Below the pieces are notes generated by a model. The model was given only the letters and a program-made list of their open reading frames with translations. It searched no databases and was not told the origin of the DNA. 64,000 nucleotides of DNA, taken from positions 320,001-384,000 of the forward strand of contig CBDBFU010000014.1 of NCBI GenBank assembly GCA_965205025.1. The letters are read 5' to 3'. The translations under genes were made by a program, and so were the position numbers. The stretch comes from Candidatus Poribacteria bacterium (GTDB lineage: Bacteria; Poribacteria; WGA-4E; WGA-3G). Below, in pieces: positions 43,092-54,181 of the stretch. The stretch's first letter is position 1. The number at the start of each line of letters is the position of its first letter.

Positions 43092-43727
43092 ATGGATAGT
43101 CTCAAATCGCTTGTTTTTGTAGGAACTGAAGGGATTTATCATGACCATGATGGGAATGGACAATTCTTAACTGAACTGCTAAATAAAACAGGGAATGTAG
43201 TTGCTGATTTCTCACAAGACTATGATATTCTCAGTAATGGTCTAAATTCTTACCAATCTATACTTTTTTATACTGATGTTGGTGAACTAACATCGGAACA
43301 AGAGTTAGGATTACTTCAATATATAGAATCTGGTGGTGGATTCTTTGGCTTGCACACTGCAGCTGCATCTTTTAGGGAATCAGATGGATATCATGGAATG
43401 CTTAACGGATTCTTCAACGGTCATAGTCCATATATGGATTTTACTGTTAATGTAACTGAATCTGAACATCCAATTACAGTTGGATTAACTGACTTCGATG
43501 TAAAGGATGAACTCTATTATTTAATTCACAATCCAGATAATTCAAACCATCTCATGTCTGCCTATGACGATACAAAAGATCAGACCCATGTAATGGCTTT
43601 TTATCATATGTATGGTAAAGGGAGAGTATTTTATTTTGCCTTGGGTCATGATATGGTAGTACTTGAGAATCCAACATTTCAAGAGGTTATTCATAGAGGT
43701 GTTCTATGGGCAGGAAATCGGATCTGA
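43092..43727 (+). CDS. ThuA-like domain protein
   Basis: GGGFFGLH, HPIT, DELY, YGKGRVFYFALGHD. Confidence 0.85.
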   Translation: MDSLKSLVFVGTEGIYHDHDGNGQFLTELLNKTGNVVADFSQDYDILSNGLNSYQSILFYTDVGELTSEQELGLLQYIESGGGFFGLHTAAASFRESDGYHGMLNGFFNGHSPYMDFTVNVTESEHPITVGLTDFDVKDELYYLIHNPDNSNHLMSAYDDTKDQTHVMAFYHMYGKGRVFYFALGHDMVVLENPTFQEVIHRGVLWAGNRI

Positions 43728-43805
43728 AAGCCATAGACGAATTAGCTATGCCTACCTGAATTACACTAATGAAAGTCTAACTATAGGAAGAAATAAGGAA
43801 GGATT

Positions 43806-44750
43806 TTATTGAGTAATGACTTGGGATTGTTGGGCAAGGATCTCATTGGCAGCAACGATATCTCTATTAATCTGTTGTCTTAAGGCGTGTATTGTTGAGA
43901 ATTTACGTTCGCTACGTATTTTCTCGATAAAAAATATCTCAAGGGTTTTCCCATAGACAATCTCGTCAAAATCAAATAAGTGACTTTCTACCTGAAATTC
44001 AGTTCCATTAAAGGTTGGTCGAATACCTATATTCACAACACCATTCAGCCAATGATCCTCTAATTTGGCATGAATAGCATACACTCCGTTTGGCGGACAA
44101 AGTTGTTCACCTGTATCTATATTCGCTGTTGGAAATCCTAACTGTTTACCACGTCCATCTCCCTGAATAATAGTTCCAATAACAGAATAGACCCTACCTA
44201 ATAATTGTGAGACTAAGCCAAGATCCCCTCGTGCTATAGATTGTCGTATTCGTGTACTATGTACGGGTAATCCATTTAACTGTGTTGGTGGTACAACCGA
44301 AACACCAAATCCTGATTTCTCTCCAATGGTTTTTAACAACTGTGCATTCCCTTGTCTGTCTTTTCCAAATTGACATGCATAACCGACAACGACGTGTTTT
44401 GCACGACACATATCACGGAGAATGGTATTAACAAAGGTGTCTGGAGACATTGAAGCAATACTCTCATCAAAGTTTACAAAGATTGTTATATCAATTCCAA
44501 GCTGCCTTAGAATCTCAATCCGTTTAGGTAAACACATTAAGACAGGGGGACATTTTTCTGGAGCAAGATGCGATAATGGGTGTGGATAGAATCCAAAAAG
44601 AATGCTTGTCAGAACTTCAGTATCTGCAATCGAACGGACTTCATGAAGAACATCTTGGTGACCAATATGTAATCCATCGAATACACCAAATGTTACCACA
44701 GAATCTTGACAAAATTCTGAAATGGATTCTAAATTATAAAATGATTGCAT
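43806..44750 (-). CDS. ribF: Bifunctional riboflavin kinase/FAD synthetase
   Basis: GVFDGLHIGHQ, STRIR, GFPTAN, NIGIRPTF, ESHLFDF. Confidence 0.95.
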   Translation of the reverse strand: MQSFYNLESISEFCQDSVVTFGVFDGLHIGHQDVLHEVRSIADTEVLTSILFGFYPHPLSHLAPEKCPPVLMCLPKRIEILRQLGIDITIFVNFDESIASMSPDTFVNTILRDMCRAKHVVVGYACQFGKDRQGNAQLLKTIGEKSGFGVSVVPPTQLNGLPVHSTRIRQSIARGDLGLVSQLLGRVYSVIGTIIQGDGRGKQLGFPTANIDTGEQLCPPNGVYAIHAKLEDHWLNGVVNIGIRPTFNGTEFQVESHLFDFDEIVYGKTLEIFFIEKIRSERKFSTIHALRQQINRDIVAANEILAQQSQVITQ

Positions 44751-44945
44751 TCATCATCTCCGCAAGTTCTTGTGATAGCAATTCTTTAGAACTTAGTAGA
44801 ACATCTGAAAAAGGTGGTATATAAACTGTGAATATCTGTATATGTATACAGAAGTTTATACCCAGTGTTCTACAATAATAATTTATCCCCAAGTATCTGA
44901 ATTACTCAACGTAGGAAAACATTATTGGTAATATAAATAGTGTTC

Positions 44946-45923
44946 TTATATAGTATTTATTCGTCGTTTTGCACTTTCGACAAGTATTGTTATTGCGGAT
45001 GTATAAGGCAGGTTAATTCTACACCCAGAGGCACGTTCGTGTCCTCCCCCATTGAATTCAGCGGCTAATTCAGCCACATCCACACTACCTTCACTGCGTA
45101 AACTTATTTTTGAGTTTCCATCAGGTAATTCGCACACACAGATCGCTACTTCAACATTTTCGATTGCTTGAATCTGGTTTACAAATCCTTCTACATCATC
45201 AAAGGTAGTTTTAGTGTCATTAAACATAGCCTGAGTCACCAATACCCAAGCGATTTTACCATCAGGAGTTAGTTTCAACGTCCTTAATGTTTGTCCTAAT
45301 AAACGGATTTTTTCCAGAGAAACATGTTCATATACATAACGATAGATCTCATCAGGGGCAAAATTACCAATTTCAATTAAATTTGCTGCTATCCTATGTG
45401 TATCAGAGACTGCATTACTAAAACGAAAACAACCGGTATCAAACATTAGACCCGTATACAAACATAACGCACAAGCTTCATCAATCTCATAATTTGCCGA
45501 TTGAATTAGATTATATATGATTTCAGCAGTGGATGAAGCAGAAGGGATGATGATATTGTAATCCCCGAATTCTTCCGCAGTTATATGGTGATCGATATTT
45601 ACAACTGCATGTGTCGGAATAAGGCATTTACTAAGAAAAGGTCCGATCCGTTCACGTGAACTGGCATCCACAACGATTAAGATTTCTGGACTAAATGCTA
45701 CAGAAGCTTCTGCATTTTCAATTGTCTCCCAATTAGGGAGGAACTGATATTTATTTGGAACAACATCTGTATTAAAAATACGTACATTTTTCCCCAGTTT
45801 CTTGAGAACGAGGAAAAGAGCTAATTCAGAGCCAATCGCATCACCATCTGGACTCACATGTGTGGAAATAGCAAATGAACGATGTTGCTCAAATAAGGTG
45901 AGGACGGAGCGAAAACTATCCAT
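44946..45923 (-). CDS. nrnA: DHH/DHHA1 phosphoesterase (nanoRNase A-like)
   Basis: HVSPDGDAIGS, IDHH, DTGCF, SLRS, GGGHERASG. Confidence 0.88.
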   Translation of the reverse strand: MDSFRSVLTLFEQHRSFAISTHVSPDGDAIGSELALFLVLKKLGKNVRIFNTDVVPNKYQFLPNWETIENAEASVAFSPEILIVVDASSRERIGPFLSKCLIPTHAVVNIDHHITAEEFGDYNIIIPSASSTAEIIYNLIQSANYEIDEACALCLYTGLMFDTGCFRFSNAVSDTHRIAANLIEIGNFAPDEIYRYVYEHVSLEKIRLLGQTLRTLKLTPDGKIAWVLVTQAMFNDTKTTFDDVEGFVNQIQAIENVEVAICVCELPDGNSKISLRSEGSVDVAELAAEFNGGGHERASGCRINLPYTSAITILVESAKRRINTI

Positions 45924-45928
45924 GGAAT

Positions 45929-46309
45929 CTAAATGTCGTGTACAGAATCTTCCGGTAAGTCATCGTCTGTTTCAATCTGTTTCAGTAAACCATCTATCTT
46001 CATCAGATGGTCTACTGAATCGTCTAAACCGAACCGGAGTTCAGGTGAATATCTGAGTGCCAATCGACGACTTATCTCTCGTCTCAAAAAACCTGCAGCA
46101 CTTTTTAGTCCAGCTAATGTTTCTTTTCTTTGTTCTGGACTTCCAATGACGCTCACTTTCACATCAACATATTTTAAGTCAGAGGACACTTCTGCATGGG
46201 TTACAGTACAAAATGCAATTCGCGGATCTTTTAATACACGTTGAATTACTTCACTCAATTCTCTCTGAATAAGTGCGGAGACACGATCCTGTCTTCTATT
46301 TTCTACCAT
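45929..46309 (-). CDS. rbfA: Ribosome-binding factor A
   Basis: LKDPRI, VSSDL, LRYSPELRF; operon position. Confidence 0.95.
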   Translation of the reverse strand: MVENRRQDRVSALIQRELSEVIQRVLKDPRIAFCTVTHAEVSSDLKYVDVKVSVIGSPEQRKETLAGLKSAAGFLRREISRRLALRYSPELRFGLDDSVDHLMKIDGLLKQIETDDDLPEDSVHDI

Positions 46310-46435
46310 GATTTTATCCTCTAATTGGTGGGAGATTAATAGTAATTATATTGGAAACTGATTATACACAAATACATCTTTACTTCAAGATATAGTTCAA
46401 TATAAAGTAAAATCTTACAACACGAATCCCAACTA

Positions 46436-46720
46436 TTAGAAGAAAAATTCTGTTTCGTAATCAGTCATAATCGCGGATGAATTTTCTTCAATGAATTTAA
46501 CGCATTGCGATAAAATTTGATTCACGAATTTTACTTCATTTGACACTGATACTACTCCTATAATTGCAGTCTGATGAATATCTTGTGCTTCAATTTCGGC
46601 GATGGCAATATTAAACTTATTTTTTAGTCGATCAATAATACTTTTTATTATTCTCCGTTTGTCCTTCAACGACTGGCATTCAGGTAAGTATAGCTTGATC
46701 TTACATACGCCGATGTGCAT
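46436..46720 (-). CDS. ylxP: DUF503 protein
   Basis: SLKDKRRIIKSI..KFNIAIAE; lies between infB and rbfA. Confidence 0.88.
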   Translation of the reverse strand: MHIGVCKIKLYLPECQSLKDKRRIIKSIIDRLKNKFNIAIAEIEAQDIHQTAIIGVVSVSNEVKFVNQILSQCVKFIEENSSAIMTDYETEFFF

Positions 46721-46856
46721 CTCTATGTTTATATTTTCAGAATTAAAATTAAAAGTTAAATCTCAATTAACTTCACCAAAAAGTAAATTGCTTGTTATAA
46801 AGATACTCAATGGTGGGTTAAAAAAACTCAGTCATTCTTGGAAATATCAGTAGATT

Positions 46857-49019
46857 TTATTGATTCCCTGATTGGAGTGTACGTGCCACTTCCTCATGTA
46901 CATAACATTCTAACACATCCCCAACTTTAATATCGTCAAATTCTTCAATACCGATGCCACATTCGTAATTTGCTTGTACTTCTGTGACATTATCTTTAAA
47001 TCGTCTAAGTGAGTCAACTTTTCCTTCAAATATTAATCTATTCTGTCGTAAGATACGAAGTGGTTGATTAAATGAAATTCGACCCCAATTAACATAACTA
47101 CCAGCAACCAATCCACTACGAGGCACCCTAAATATCTCTCTTACTTCAGCACGGCCAATGATGACTTCTCGTACTTCTGGTTCTAATAATCCTTCCATAG
47201 CGGATTGAATATCTGAAAGAATATCATAGATGACAGAATATGTGCGTACATCTATTCCTTCTGTTTCCGTTGCCTTCACAGCTTCTGTGGTTGGATGGAC
47301 ATTAAAACCCACAACAATCGCATCGGATGCAGAAGCCAGTAGAATATCTGTTTCTGTTATACCTCCAGTTGCTTCGTGAATGATATTAATCTTCACTTCA
47401 GTTGAACTGAGTTTTTGCAATGATTCAGTTATTGCTTGTACTGAACCCTGTACATCACCTTTTATTATAAGATTGAGATCCTTTATATCCCCCTCTTGAA
47501 TCTGTTGGTATAAATCGTCAAGACTTACATGACTATTAGTACCGAGTTGAGATATACGATATTTATCTTGTCTCTCCTCGCTGATAGTTCGCGCATCCTT
47601 TTCAGATTCAACAGCATAGAAGAGATTTCCAGCTTCTGGAACTCCTGTAAACCCAAGCACTTCTACAGGGGTGGATGGTTGTGCTTCTTTTAGACGTATT
47701 CCATCATCACTCATCATTGCTCGGACTCTACCGGAATATCGTCCAGACACAAATGAATCGCCAACCCGTAATGTACCACTTTGAACTAAGACTGTCGCTA
47801 CGGCCCCCCGACCTTTATCAACTTGTGCTTCAATAACAACACCTCGAGCAGGTTTGTTAGGATTGGCTTTTAATTCCAAAAGTGCAGCTTCAAGTAAAAT
47901 CATCTCAAGGAGTAAGTCAATACCGGTTCCTTCCATTGCGGATACTTCAACACAAATTGTTTGTCCACCCCAATCTTCTGGTACTAAATCGTTATCAACT
48001 AACTGCTGTTTGACAAAATCAGATCTTGCCCCAGGTACATCAATCTTATTTATTGCCACAACAATAGGTACCTTAGCAGCTTTGGCATGATTTATTGCCT
48101 CAATTGTTTGGGGCATTACCCCATCGTCCGCAGCAACAATCAAGACAACAAGATCGGTTACTTGAGCACCGCGAGCACGCATAGCAGTAAATGCTGCGTG
48201 ACCAGGTGTGTCAAGAAATACGATATTTCCATTTTCTAATTCAACATGGTATGCACCTATATGTTGAGTGATATTTCCTGCTTCAGATTCGCTAATATTT
48301 GATTCTCGTATAGAGTCCAATAATGAGGTCTTACCATGATCTACATGCCCCATTATAGTAACAACAGGGGCGCGAGGGACTAATGATTCCGGTGGGTCTT
48401 CATCTATGCTAAACAGTTCTTCTTCAAGCGTTTTCTCCTGTATAATTACAAAATTATACTCCTTACTTAGTGCTATCAGTGTTTCATGATCTAAGCTCTG
48501 GTTGATTGCTGCCATGACTTTTAATTTCATCAATTGCATAATCAACTGGTTTGGTTGTAAATTAAGCTGAGATGCTAATGCACCCACTGTTATACCTTCT
48601 TGAATTTGTAAGATGGAGTCTTCTGGCTTATCGGGTTCAGGTACGGGTTCTAATTCATCCTGTCTTGTATCATCTGAGACGTTTACCTTATCTACTTTGT
48701 CTTCTGATTCAATCTCAACAATTTCAGTATCCTCACTTTCGTCCTTTTCATCAGATTTCGATTCAATGTTGATTGCCTCTTGTTCTTGTTCATTAGAAAC
48801 CATTGTTTCTTGTGGATGTAATTCTGCTTCAACTAAAATTATCGTCTCTGGATCTAAAGTACTCATGTGGTTTTTAATTGGCACACCGAGTTCGACTAAT
48901 ATCTCTATTAGTTCCTTACTACTTAACTCATAACGTTTAGCCAATTCATAAACCCTAACATTGGGACTTTGAGATGTTTTTACTTCAGATGTATCTGATT
49001 GTGGTTTCTGTTTACCCAT
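46857..49019 (-). CDS. infB: Translation initiation factor IF-2
   Basis: [32 protein letters not shown]; start at MGKQK overlaps the ylxR end. Confidence 0.96.
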   Translation of the reverse strand: MGKQKPQSDTSEVKTSQSPNVRVYELAKRYELSSKELIEILVELGVPIKNHMSTLDPETIILVEAELHPQETMVSNEQEQEAINIESKSDEKDESEDTEIVEIESEDKVDKVNVSDDTRQDELEPVPEPDKPEDSILQIQEGITVGALASQLNLQPNQLIMQLMKLKVMAAINQSLDHETLIALSKEYNFVIIQEKTLEEELFSIDEDPPESLVPRAPVVTIMGHVDHGKTSLLDSIRESNISESEAGNITQHIGAYHVELENGNIVFLDTPGHAAFTAMRARGAQVTDLVVLIVAADDGVMPQTIEAINHAKAAKVPIVVAINKIDVPGARSDFVKQQLVDNDLVPEDWGGQTICVEVSAMEGTGIDLLLEMILLEAALLELKANPNKPARGVVIEAQVDKGRGAVATVLVQSGTLRVGDSFVSGRYSGRVRAMMSDDGIRLKEAQPSTPVEVLGFTGVPEAGNLFYAVESEKDARTISEERQDKYRISQLGTNSHVSLDDLYQQIQEGDIKDLNLIIKGDVQGSVQAITESLQKLSSTEVKINIIHEATGGITETDILLASASDAIVVGFNVHPTTEAVKATETEGIDVRTYSVIYDILSDIQSAMEGLLEPEVREVIIGRAEVREIFRVPRSGLVAGSYVNWGRISFNQPLRILRQNRLIFEGKVDSLRRFKDNVTEVQANYECGIGIEEFDDIKVGDVLECYVHEEVARTLQSGNQ

Positions 49020-49299
49020 CGGCGGTCGCCTCCTTATCAAGGATTGCCTGTTCGAATTCGGTGATAACGGATTTTGGTAATTGTACACGTAGCAACGTAT
49101 TTATCCGTTTTGGTTCTTTAAATGCTCTTTGTATACACACTTTAGATCTACATATATATGCTCCACGCCCAGGAAGTCTCTTGAATCCATCAATTTGTAA
49201 GAACTTACCTGTGGAACACACAAAACGGATTAATGTCTTCTGTGGGAATTTACCCCGGCACCCTATACAGGTACGTATGGGTACATTAAGATTATCCAT
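49012..49299 (-). CDS. ylxR: YlxR/DUF448 RNA-binding protein
   Basis: PIRTCIGC, GRGAYIC..C. Confidence 0.9.
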   Translation of the reverse strand: MDNLNVPIRTCIGCRGKFPQKTLIRFVCSTGKFLQIDGFKRLPGRGAYICRSKVCIQRAFKEPKRINTLLRVQLPKSVITEFEQAILDKEATADG

Positions 49300-49385
49300 T
49301 AATTATGTTACAAAGCGGTTACCTATGAATCTTTCTACATTAATATAAGCAGTAGGTAATAATCCTATTATTCCTTTGATACTTC

Positions 49386-50666
49386 TTAAATATTTTCCTC
49401 TGAATCAGCTAATTTATCATCAGCACCTTCAGATTCCGAATCACTTGAATTGTGGGTATTATTAACTTCCTCATCAAATATATCACTATTTTCCAATGGC
49501 AATTCTTCTGATTCTGATGTGATAGCATTTTCATCGGATCCAGCAACTGTTTCTTCATTAACTTCATCTTTAAACAATGTATCCAATGAAACAGGTACTT
49601 CGGATTCACTCTTGATGTCTATATGCCACCCTGTCAATTTCGCTGCTAGCCGAGCGTTTTGTCCTCTTCTTCCTATAGCAAGTGATAATTGATCGTCTGG
49701 AACTATGACGTTTGCAGTCATTTCTTCCTCATTTAGCTCAACTCTCCGTATCATTGCAGTTTTTAATTTTAGTGAGTTAGTGATATATGTTATCGGATCT
49801 TCACTCCATTCAATGATATCAATTTTTTCATTTTTTAATTCTCGGACCATTGTCTGAACTCGGGCACCTCTAACACCAACACATGTTCCAACTGCATCTA
49901 TACCTTCTTCGTTAGCAGTAACTGCAACCTTTGCCCGATGTCCTGGATCACGAACAACAGCCATGACACGAACCTGTCCATCATAAACCTCTGGAACTTC
50001 ATGCTCAAATAACATTGTTATCAGATCGGCATGTGTTCGGGAGACGACAATTTGCTCCCCAGTCACACTATTCTTTACTTCTAAAATAAGACAACGAATG
50101 GCATCACCCCGGTTATACCTATGTGTAGGTGGAATCTGACTGGCAGGTAGCAATGCTTCAGTTCGTAGGACATCGGTCCGTTCTAAATCAACAATTGCAT
50201 TTGGTCCATCATAACGTTGAAGATAGCAGACGACCACCTCACCCTCGCGACCTTCAAATTCTTTGTATATCAAGTCACGTTCAGCTTCTCGTAGTTTTCC
50301 AAGAAGGATTTGCCGTCCTAACTGAGCCTGAATCCTTCCAAATTCTTCGGGATTAATTTCAACTTCAAGGATATCACCGATTTTTGCATCAGGATCAAGC
50401 TTTTCCGCCTCCTCAATTGGTATCTCCGTTGAAAAGTCGTGCATAATATCTACAACTTCTTTAGGAACATGACATTTAATTTCTTCAGAGTCAAGTTCAA
50501 TATCTATTGATACCTTAGCCTCAGGTCCGTAATGACGTAAGGCAATTACATGTAGGGCATCCTCAATTGCTTGTATGAAAACGTCCTCAGGTAAGTCTGT
50601 GTGTCCCATCAGTTGACGTATAGATTGTTGTAAACTTTCTCTTCTTTCTTCTTTTCTCTGTTTCAT
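49386..50666 (-). CDS. nusA: Transcription termination factor NusA
   Basis: FGRI, EVPEV, RDPGHRAKVAV, CVGVRGARV, LAIGRRGQNARLAAKLTGW. Confidence 0.96.
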   Translation of the reverse strand: MKQRKEERRESLQQSIRQLMGHTDLPEDVFIQAIEDALHVIALRHYGPEAKVSIDIELDSEEIKCHVPKEVVDIMHDFSTEIPIEEAEKLDPDAKIGDILEVEINPEEFGRIQAQLGRQILLGKLREAERDLIYKEFEGREGEVVVCYLQRYDGPNAIVDLERTDVLRTEALLPASQIPPTHRYNRGDAIRCLILEVKNSVTGEQIVVSRTHADLITMLFEHEVPEVYDGQVRVMAVVRDPGHRAKVAVTANEEGIDAVGTCVGVRGARVQTMVRELKNEKIDIIEWSEDPITYITNSLKLKTAMIRRVELNEEEMTANVIVPDDQLSLAIGRRGQNARLAAKLTGWHIDIKSESEVPVSLDTLFKDEVNEETVAGSDENAITSESEELPLENSDIFDEEVNNTHNSSDSESEGADDKLADSEENI

Positions 50667-50703
50667 AATACTCCCACATCATGCATAACTGGCAACTAAT
50701 TTA

Positions 50704-51176
50704 TCATTCTATTGATTGCCAATCTAATTGAATCTGCCCTTTTAAGATCTGTGAAAATTCAATATGGACGGTTTCACCCGATGCTTGTTTAATAATTAGG
50801 ATTCCGTCTTTTATATCAATCACCTCTCCAAGTACATCGTTATGTTGTTTGTCTGATGTATATGTATCAACTTTTACTGTCCTTCCTTTATTTCTCTGAA
50901 AATCTGCTTCTGTAATTAATGGACGGTCAATTCCTGGTGAAGCGATTTCGAGATGCTTGTATTTGGACATTATCTGGTTTACTTCCAATATTGGGAGCAC
51001 AACTTTATTCACATTTTGGCAATCGGATATTGAGAGTCCACCCGGTTTGTGTATCAATAATCTGAGTATCTGATTTCTTTTACCACCAGATGTCTCAACG
51101 GCTACTAATTCATATCCTTCTATATTTAAAAGGATGTCAACATCTCCGCGACCATATTCTCATTGCCTTCAGACAT
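50704..51176 (-). CDS. rimP: Ribosome maturation factor RimP, with an apparent 1-nt deletion at 51128-51131
   Basis: ATG 51176 after AGGGGTG gives MSEGNENMVAEMLTSF; the other frame continues LNIEGYELV..LEIASPGIDRPL. Confidence 0.88.
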
Positions 51177-51192
51177 TTTACACCCCTATATA

Positions 51193-51232
51193 AAACAAAA
51201 AACGAGAACTTTCTCATAATGGAGAGCCTCGC
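51193..51232 (-). promoter_or_regulatory. Hairpin plus U-tract leader upstream of rimP
   Basis: Minus strand gcgaggctctcc..gagaaagttctcg-ttttttgtttt just before the RBS; resembles the conserved rimP leader. Confidence 0.45.
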
Positions 51233-51568
51233 GGTTCAGTGAATTATTTGCTGATTATATAGAGTCGTAAGACTACTACTGCATCAGCAGATTAGTAAAT
51301 TTGACCTGAATGACTATATATTACATGGTATCCCTATCCTTTTGTAAACAAAGTCAAATTCATGAACGACTCACCTATGGTCAAACAATCTATAATCACT
51401 GTCTTGTTTTAAACACGATTTATATCTCACATTTCTTGAGTATAACAGTTTAACCTATTCAATATACATTTGTCAAGATTTATTTTCTCAAGTCCATTAG
51501 CATTCAATTGTGAAATATAGATACATTCTCATATACCTTTTTACATATCACAAAGATATGTTATACTA

Positions 51569-52195
51569 ATGACTATGAGTATGTTTCGTGAACACTGGAT
51601 AGGTGGTTTAACTGCCTATAGCGTCTTTTTTATAGTTTCACTTATAACCACACTTACAGTTTCTATTTTTTATGGATCACCTTTTGACTGGAATCCTACA
51701 ATAACTCTAAATCCATTGGAAATTGTTGGATGTTTCGTAATTGCTTTGCTTTTTGGACTGTGGCCAGATGTTGATATTACAAGCAAAAGTCAGAAGATTT
51801 TTTATGGTGTGTTATTTGTAGTCAATTTCTCTCTTATTCTGTTCCTTCGTAGATATCTGGAATCCGCAATTATTGGATTGCTTGCAATGCTGCCTATTCT
51901 GAGCAAACATCGCGGATGGACGCATTCAAAAGTAACAATGTTATTATTACCTATGTTGTTTATGTTGATTCCAATATACACAGAATATCCTGATAGACAT
52001 TGGAGTATGAATTGGGATATATTATCAGAGCAAATAGTATCATTAGTCACTTGGGAACGACTTCCAACGGTAGCACAAAAAGGAATTGCTTTCTATCTTG
52101 CAGGTTTAATTGGTTATGCATCACATCTCTATCTTGATGGGATTTTATTTGTCTCACGCAAAACTAAACGAAAGAAAGCATATACTATGTTATGA
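51569..52195 (+). CDS. Membrane-bound metal-dependent hydrolase (YdjM-like)
   Basis: H..GG, PDVD, KHRGWTHS, GYASHLYLD. Confidence 0.82.
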   Translation: MTMSMFREHWIGGLTAYSVFFIVSLITTLTVSIFYGSPFDWNPTITLNPLEIVGCFVIALLFGLWPDVDITSKSQKIFYGVLFVVNFSLILFLRRYLESAIIGLLAMLPILSKHRGWTHSKVTMLLLPMLFMLIPIYTEYPDRHWSMNWDILSEQIVSLVTWERLPTVAQKGIAFYLAGLIGYASHLYLDGILFVSRKTKRKKAYTML

Positions 52196-53493
52196 ATCAA
52201 GTGGTTGTCGAAACTAAAGAATTGCAGTTGAATCCTTCCATTAAAATGCTTGATATTTTTGCAGAAGATAGGAACGTCCCTCTCTTTCTTGTTGGAGGAA
52301 GTGTGCGAGATCTACTTCTCAAGAGATCTACAAATGATTATGATTTTACATTGGCTTCTGATGCAATTGAGTTTGCAAAAGCTTTTTCAGAAAGTATAAA
52401 TGCACCTTTTATACAATTAGAGGAAAAACCTGCTACGGCGCGCGTGATTGCAAACTATTCTAAAGTTGGTGATAATCAGTTTACTATTGACTTTGCTCAA
52501 TATAGGGCACAATCTTTGGTAGAAGATCTACAATTACGGGATCTCACGATTAATGCAATGGCTATTCCGCTTAAGTCTTTACTTAGATCTGAGCAACCTG
52601 AACTAATAGATCCTTGTGATGGAAGAAATGATTTAGATAATGAAATACTCAAATTTCCCTCTGAAGAAGTCATACTTCATGACCCTCATCGTTTACTAAG
52701 GATTTTTAGATTCGCTGCACAATTGGATTTTCAAATTTCCCAAGTCTCTATGTCTTATGTCAATAAGCATCAATATAGGTTAGCAGAAGTATCTAAGGAA
52801 AGAATCCGTGATGAGTTTTTGAAAATACTCAATACCAAAAACTCAATTAAATACCTTCTGGAAATGTTAAATGTTGGACTATTATCACAAGTTCTACCCA
52901 CAATCAAAGAATCTGATAATTTGAAAGCAGCCCTTATGAATTATGAAGATAACACAATTCCTGATGAAATTAGTCAATATAAGCGTAAAATTCAATTATA
53001 TCTCAGGGAAGAATTAGGTGCAGAAGCTACCAGAAATGCATTAATTAAACTATCTCTCCTCATGATAGATAATAAAGATATTGGAAAATTACTTCGTCTC
53101 AGTAGAATTGCAATAAAGTTCACCGAAACTGTTATTGAGGGTTATCACTTTATTCAAGAATCTCATTTAACAGAGAAGAAAATAATAAATCTACTAAGAA
53201 GTTCACATATAGATTTATGGGGTGTGCTCTTATTTCTGCTGCTCTAAACCCGAATTTAACGCATCAATTCAAGAGAATAGTGAATACCTATTACAACCAT
53301 TTTTCTACCGATTATGAAACAAGGACGACTCATCACAGGAAAAGACATTATTAATGAGTTTCAGTTGAAGGGAGGAAAAAAAGTGGGGGCAATTTTGAAG
53401 GTGATTGAAGATAAACAATTTTATGGCGAGATTAAGACTCGAGCTGAAGCATTGGCTGTAGTTGAAACACTTATCTACGAACAGAGAAAATGA
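52192..53493 (+). CDS. CCA tRNA nucleotidyltransferase/poly(A) polymerase family, with two compensating apparent indels (~53233, ~53300)
   Basis: VGGSVRD, DYDF, RDLTINAMA, DPHRLLRIFRFAAQL, ERIRDE; the C-terminal LITGKDII..G..VGAIL is in the original frame up to TGA 53491-53493. Confidence 0.85.
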
Positions 53494-53497
53494 TAAA

Positions 53498-54181
53498 TTA
53501 ATCATTGATTTGTATATCGTGTCGTTTCTTTAGAACTCTTGGAATAAGTGATACTAATACAATTAGAACTCCTGCACCAGATAAATATAGTAGAGTCTTC
53601 TTTAGACTCCCCTCACCACTTACAAGAGCACCCCCTATTTGGACATAAGCAATTGTTCCCGGTAACATAAAAATACCCGAAACAATTACATAGGTAATGA
53701 ATTTTATTCCCGTCAATCCGTAGGCATAATTTTGTAGATTAAAAGGAAAAATAGGTACTAAACGCGTAAACATCAGAATACGCCACCCCTCTTGTTCTAA
53801 TCTTTCATCAATTTTCTGAAATTGAGGATTACCTTCAACCCAACTCTCAACCAAGTCTCGAGCAGCATAACGTGCAACAAGGAATGCAAGAGATACACCA
53901 ATAATTGCACCAATCACAGCGTATATTACACCAAACACTGGTCCAAATGCTACCCCAGATAGAACTGTTATAGGTAAGCCGGGGAGGAAGAATAGAGTTC
54001 CTACTATATAAAAACAGATATATATAACAGGGGCAATAATACCATATCCCGAAACCCATTCTTTGATCTGATATACATTCTTAAGATCAATGTACTTGGT
54101 GACACCAAAAACTCTTAACAGAATGTATACTATACCTATAAGTCCGAGAGCAATAAGAAGTTTGATGAATTTATTGTTCAT
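53498..54181 (-). CDS. TVP38/TMEM64 (DedA/VTT) membrane protein
   Basis: FLPG, FLVARY, RLVPIFPFNLQNYAYG. Confidence 0.9.
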   Translation of the reverse strand: MNNKFIKLLIALGLIGIVYILLRVFGVTKYIDLKNVYQIKEWVSGYGIIAPVIYICFYIVGTLFFLPGLPITVLSGVAFGPVFGVIYAVIGAIIGVSLAFLVARYAARDLVESWVEGNPQFQKIDERLEQEGWRILMFTRLVPIFPFNLQNYAYGLTGIKFITYVIVSGIFMLPGTIAYVQIGGALVSGEGSLKKTLLYLSGAGVLIVLVSLIPRVLKKRHDIQIND

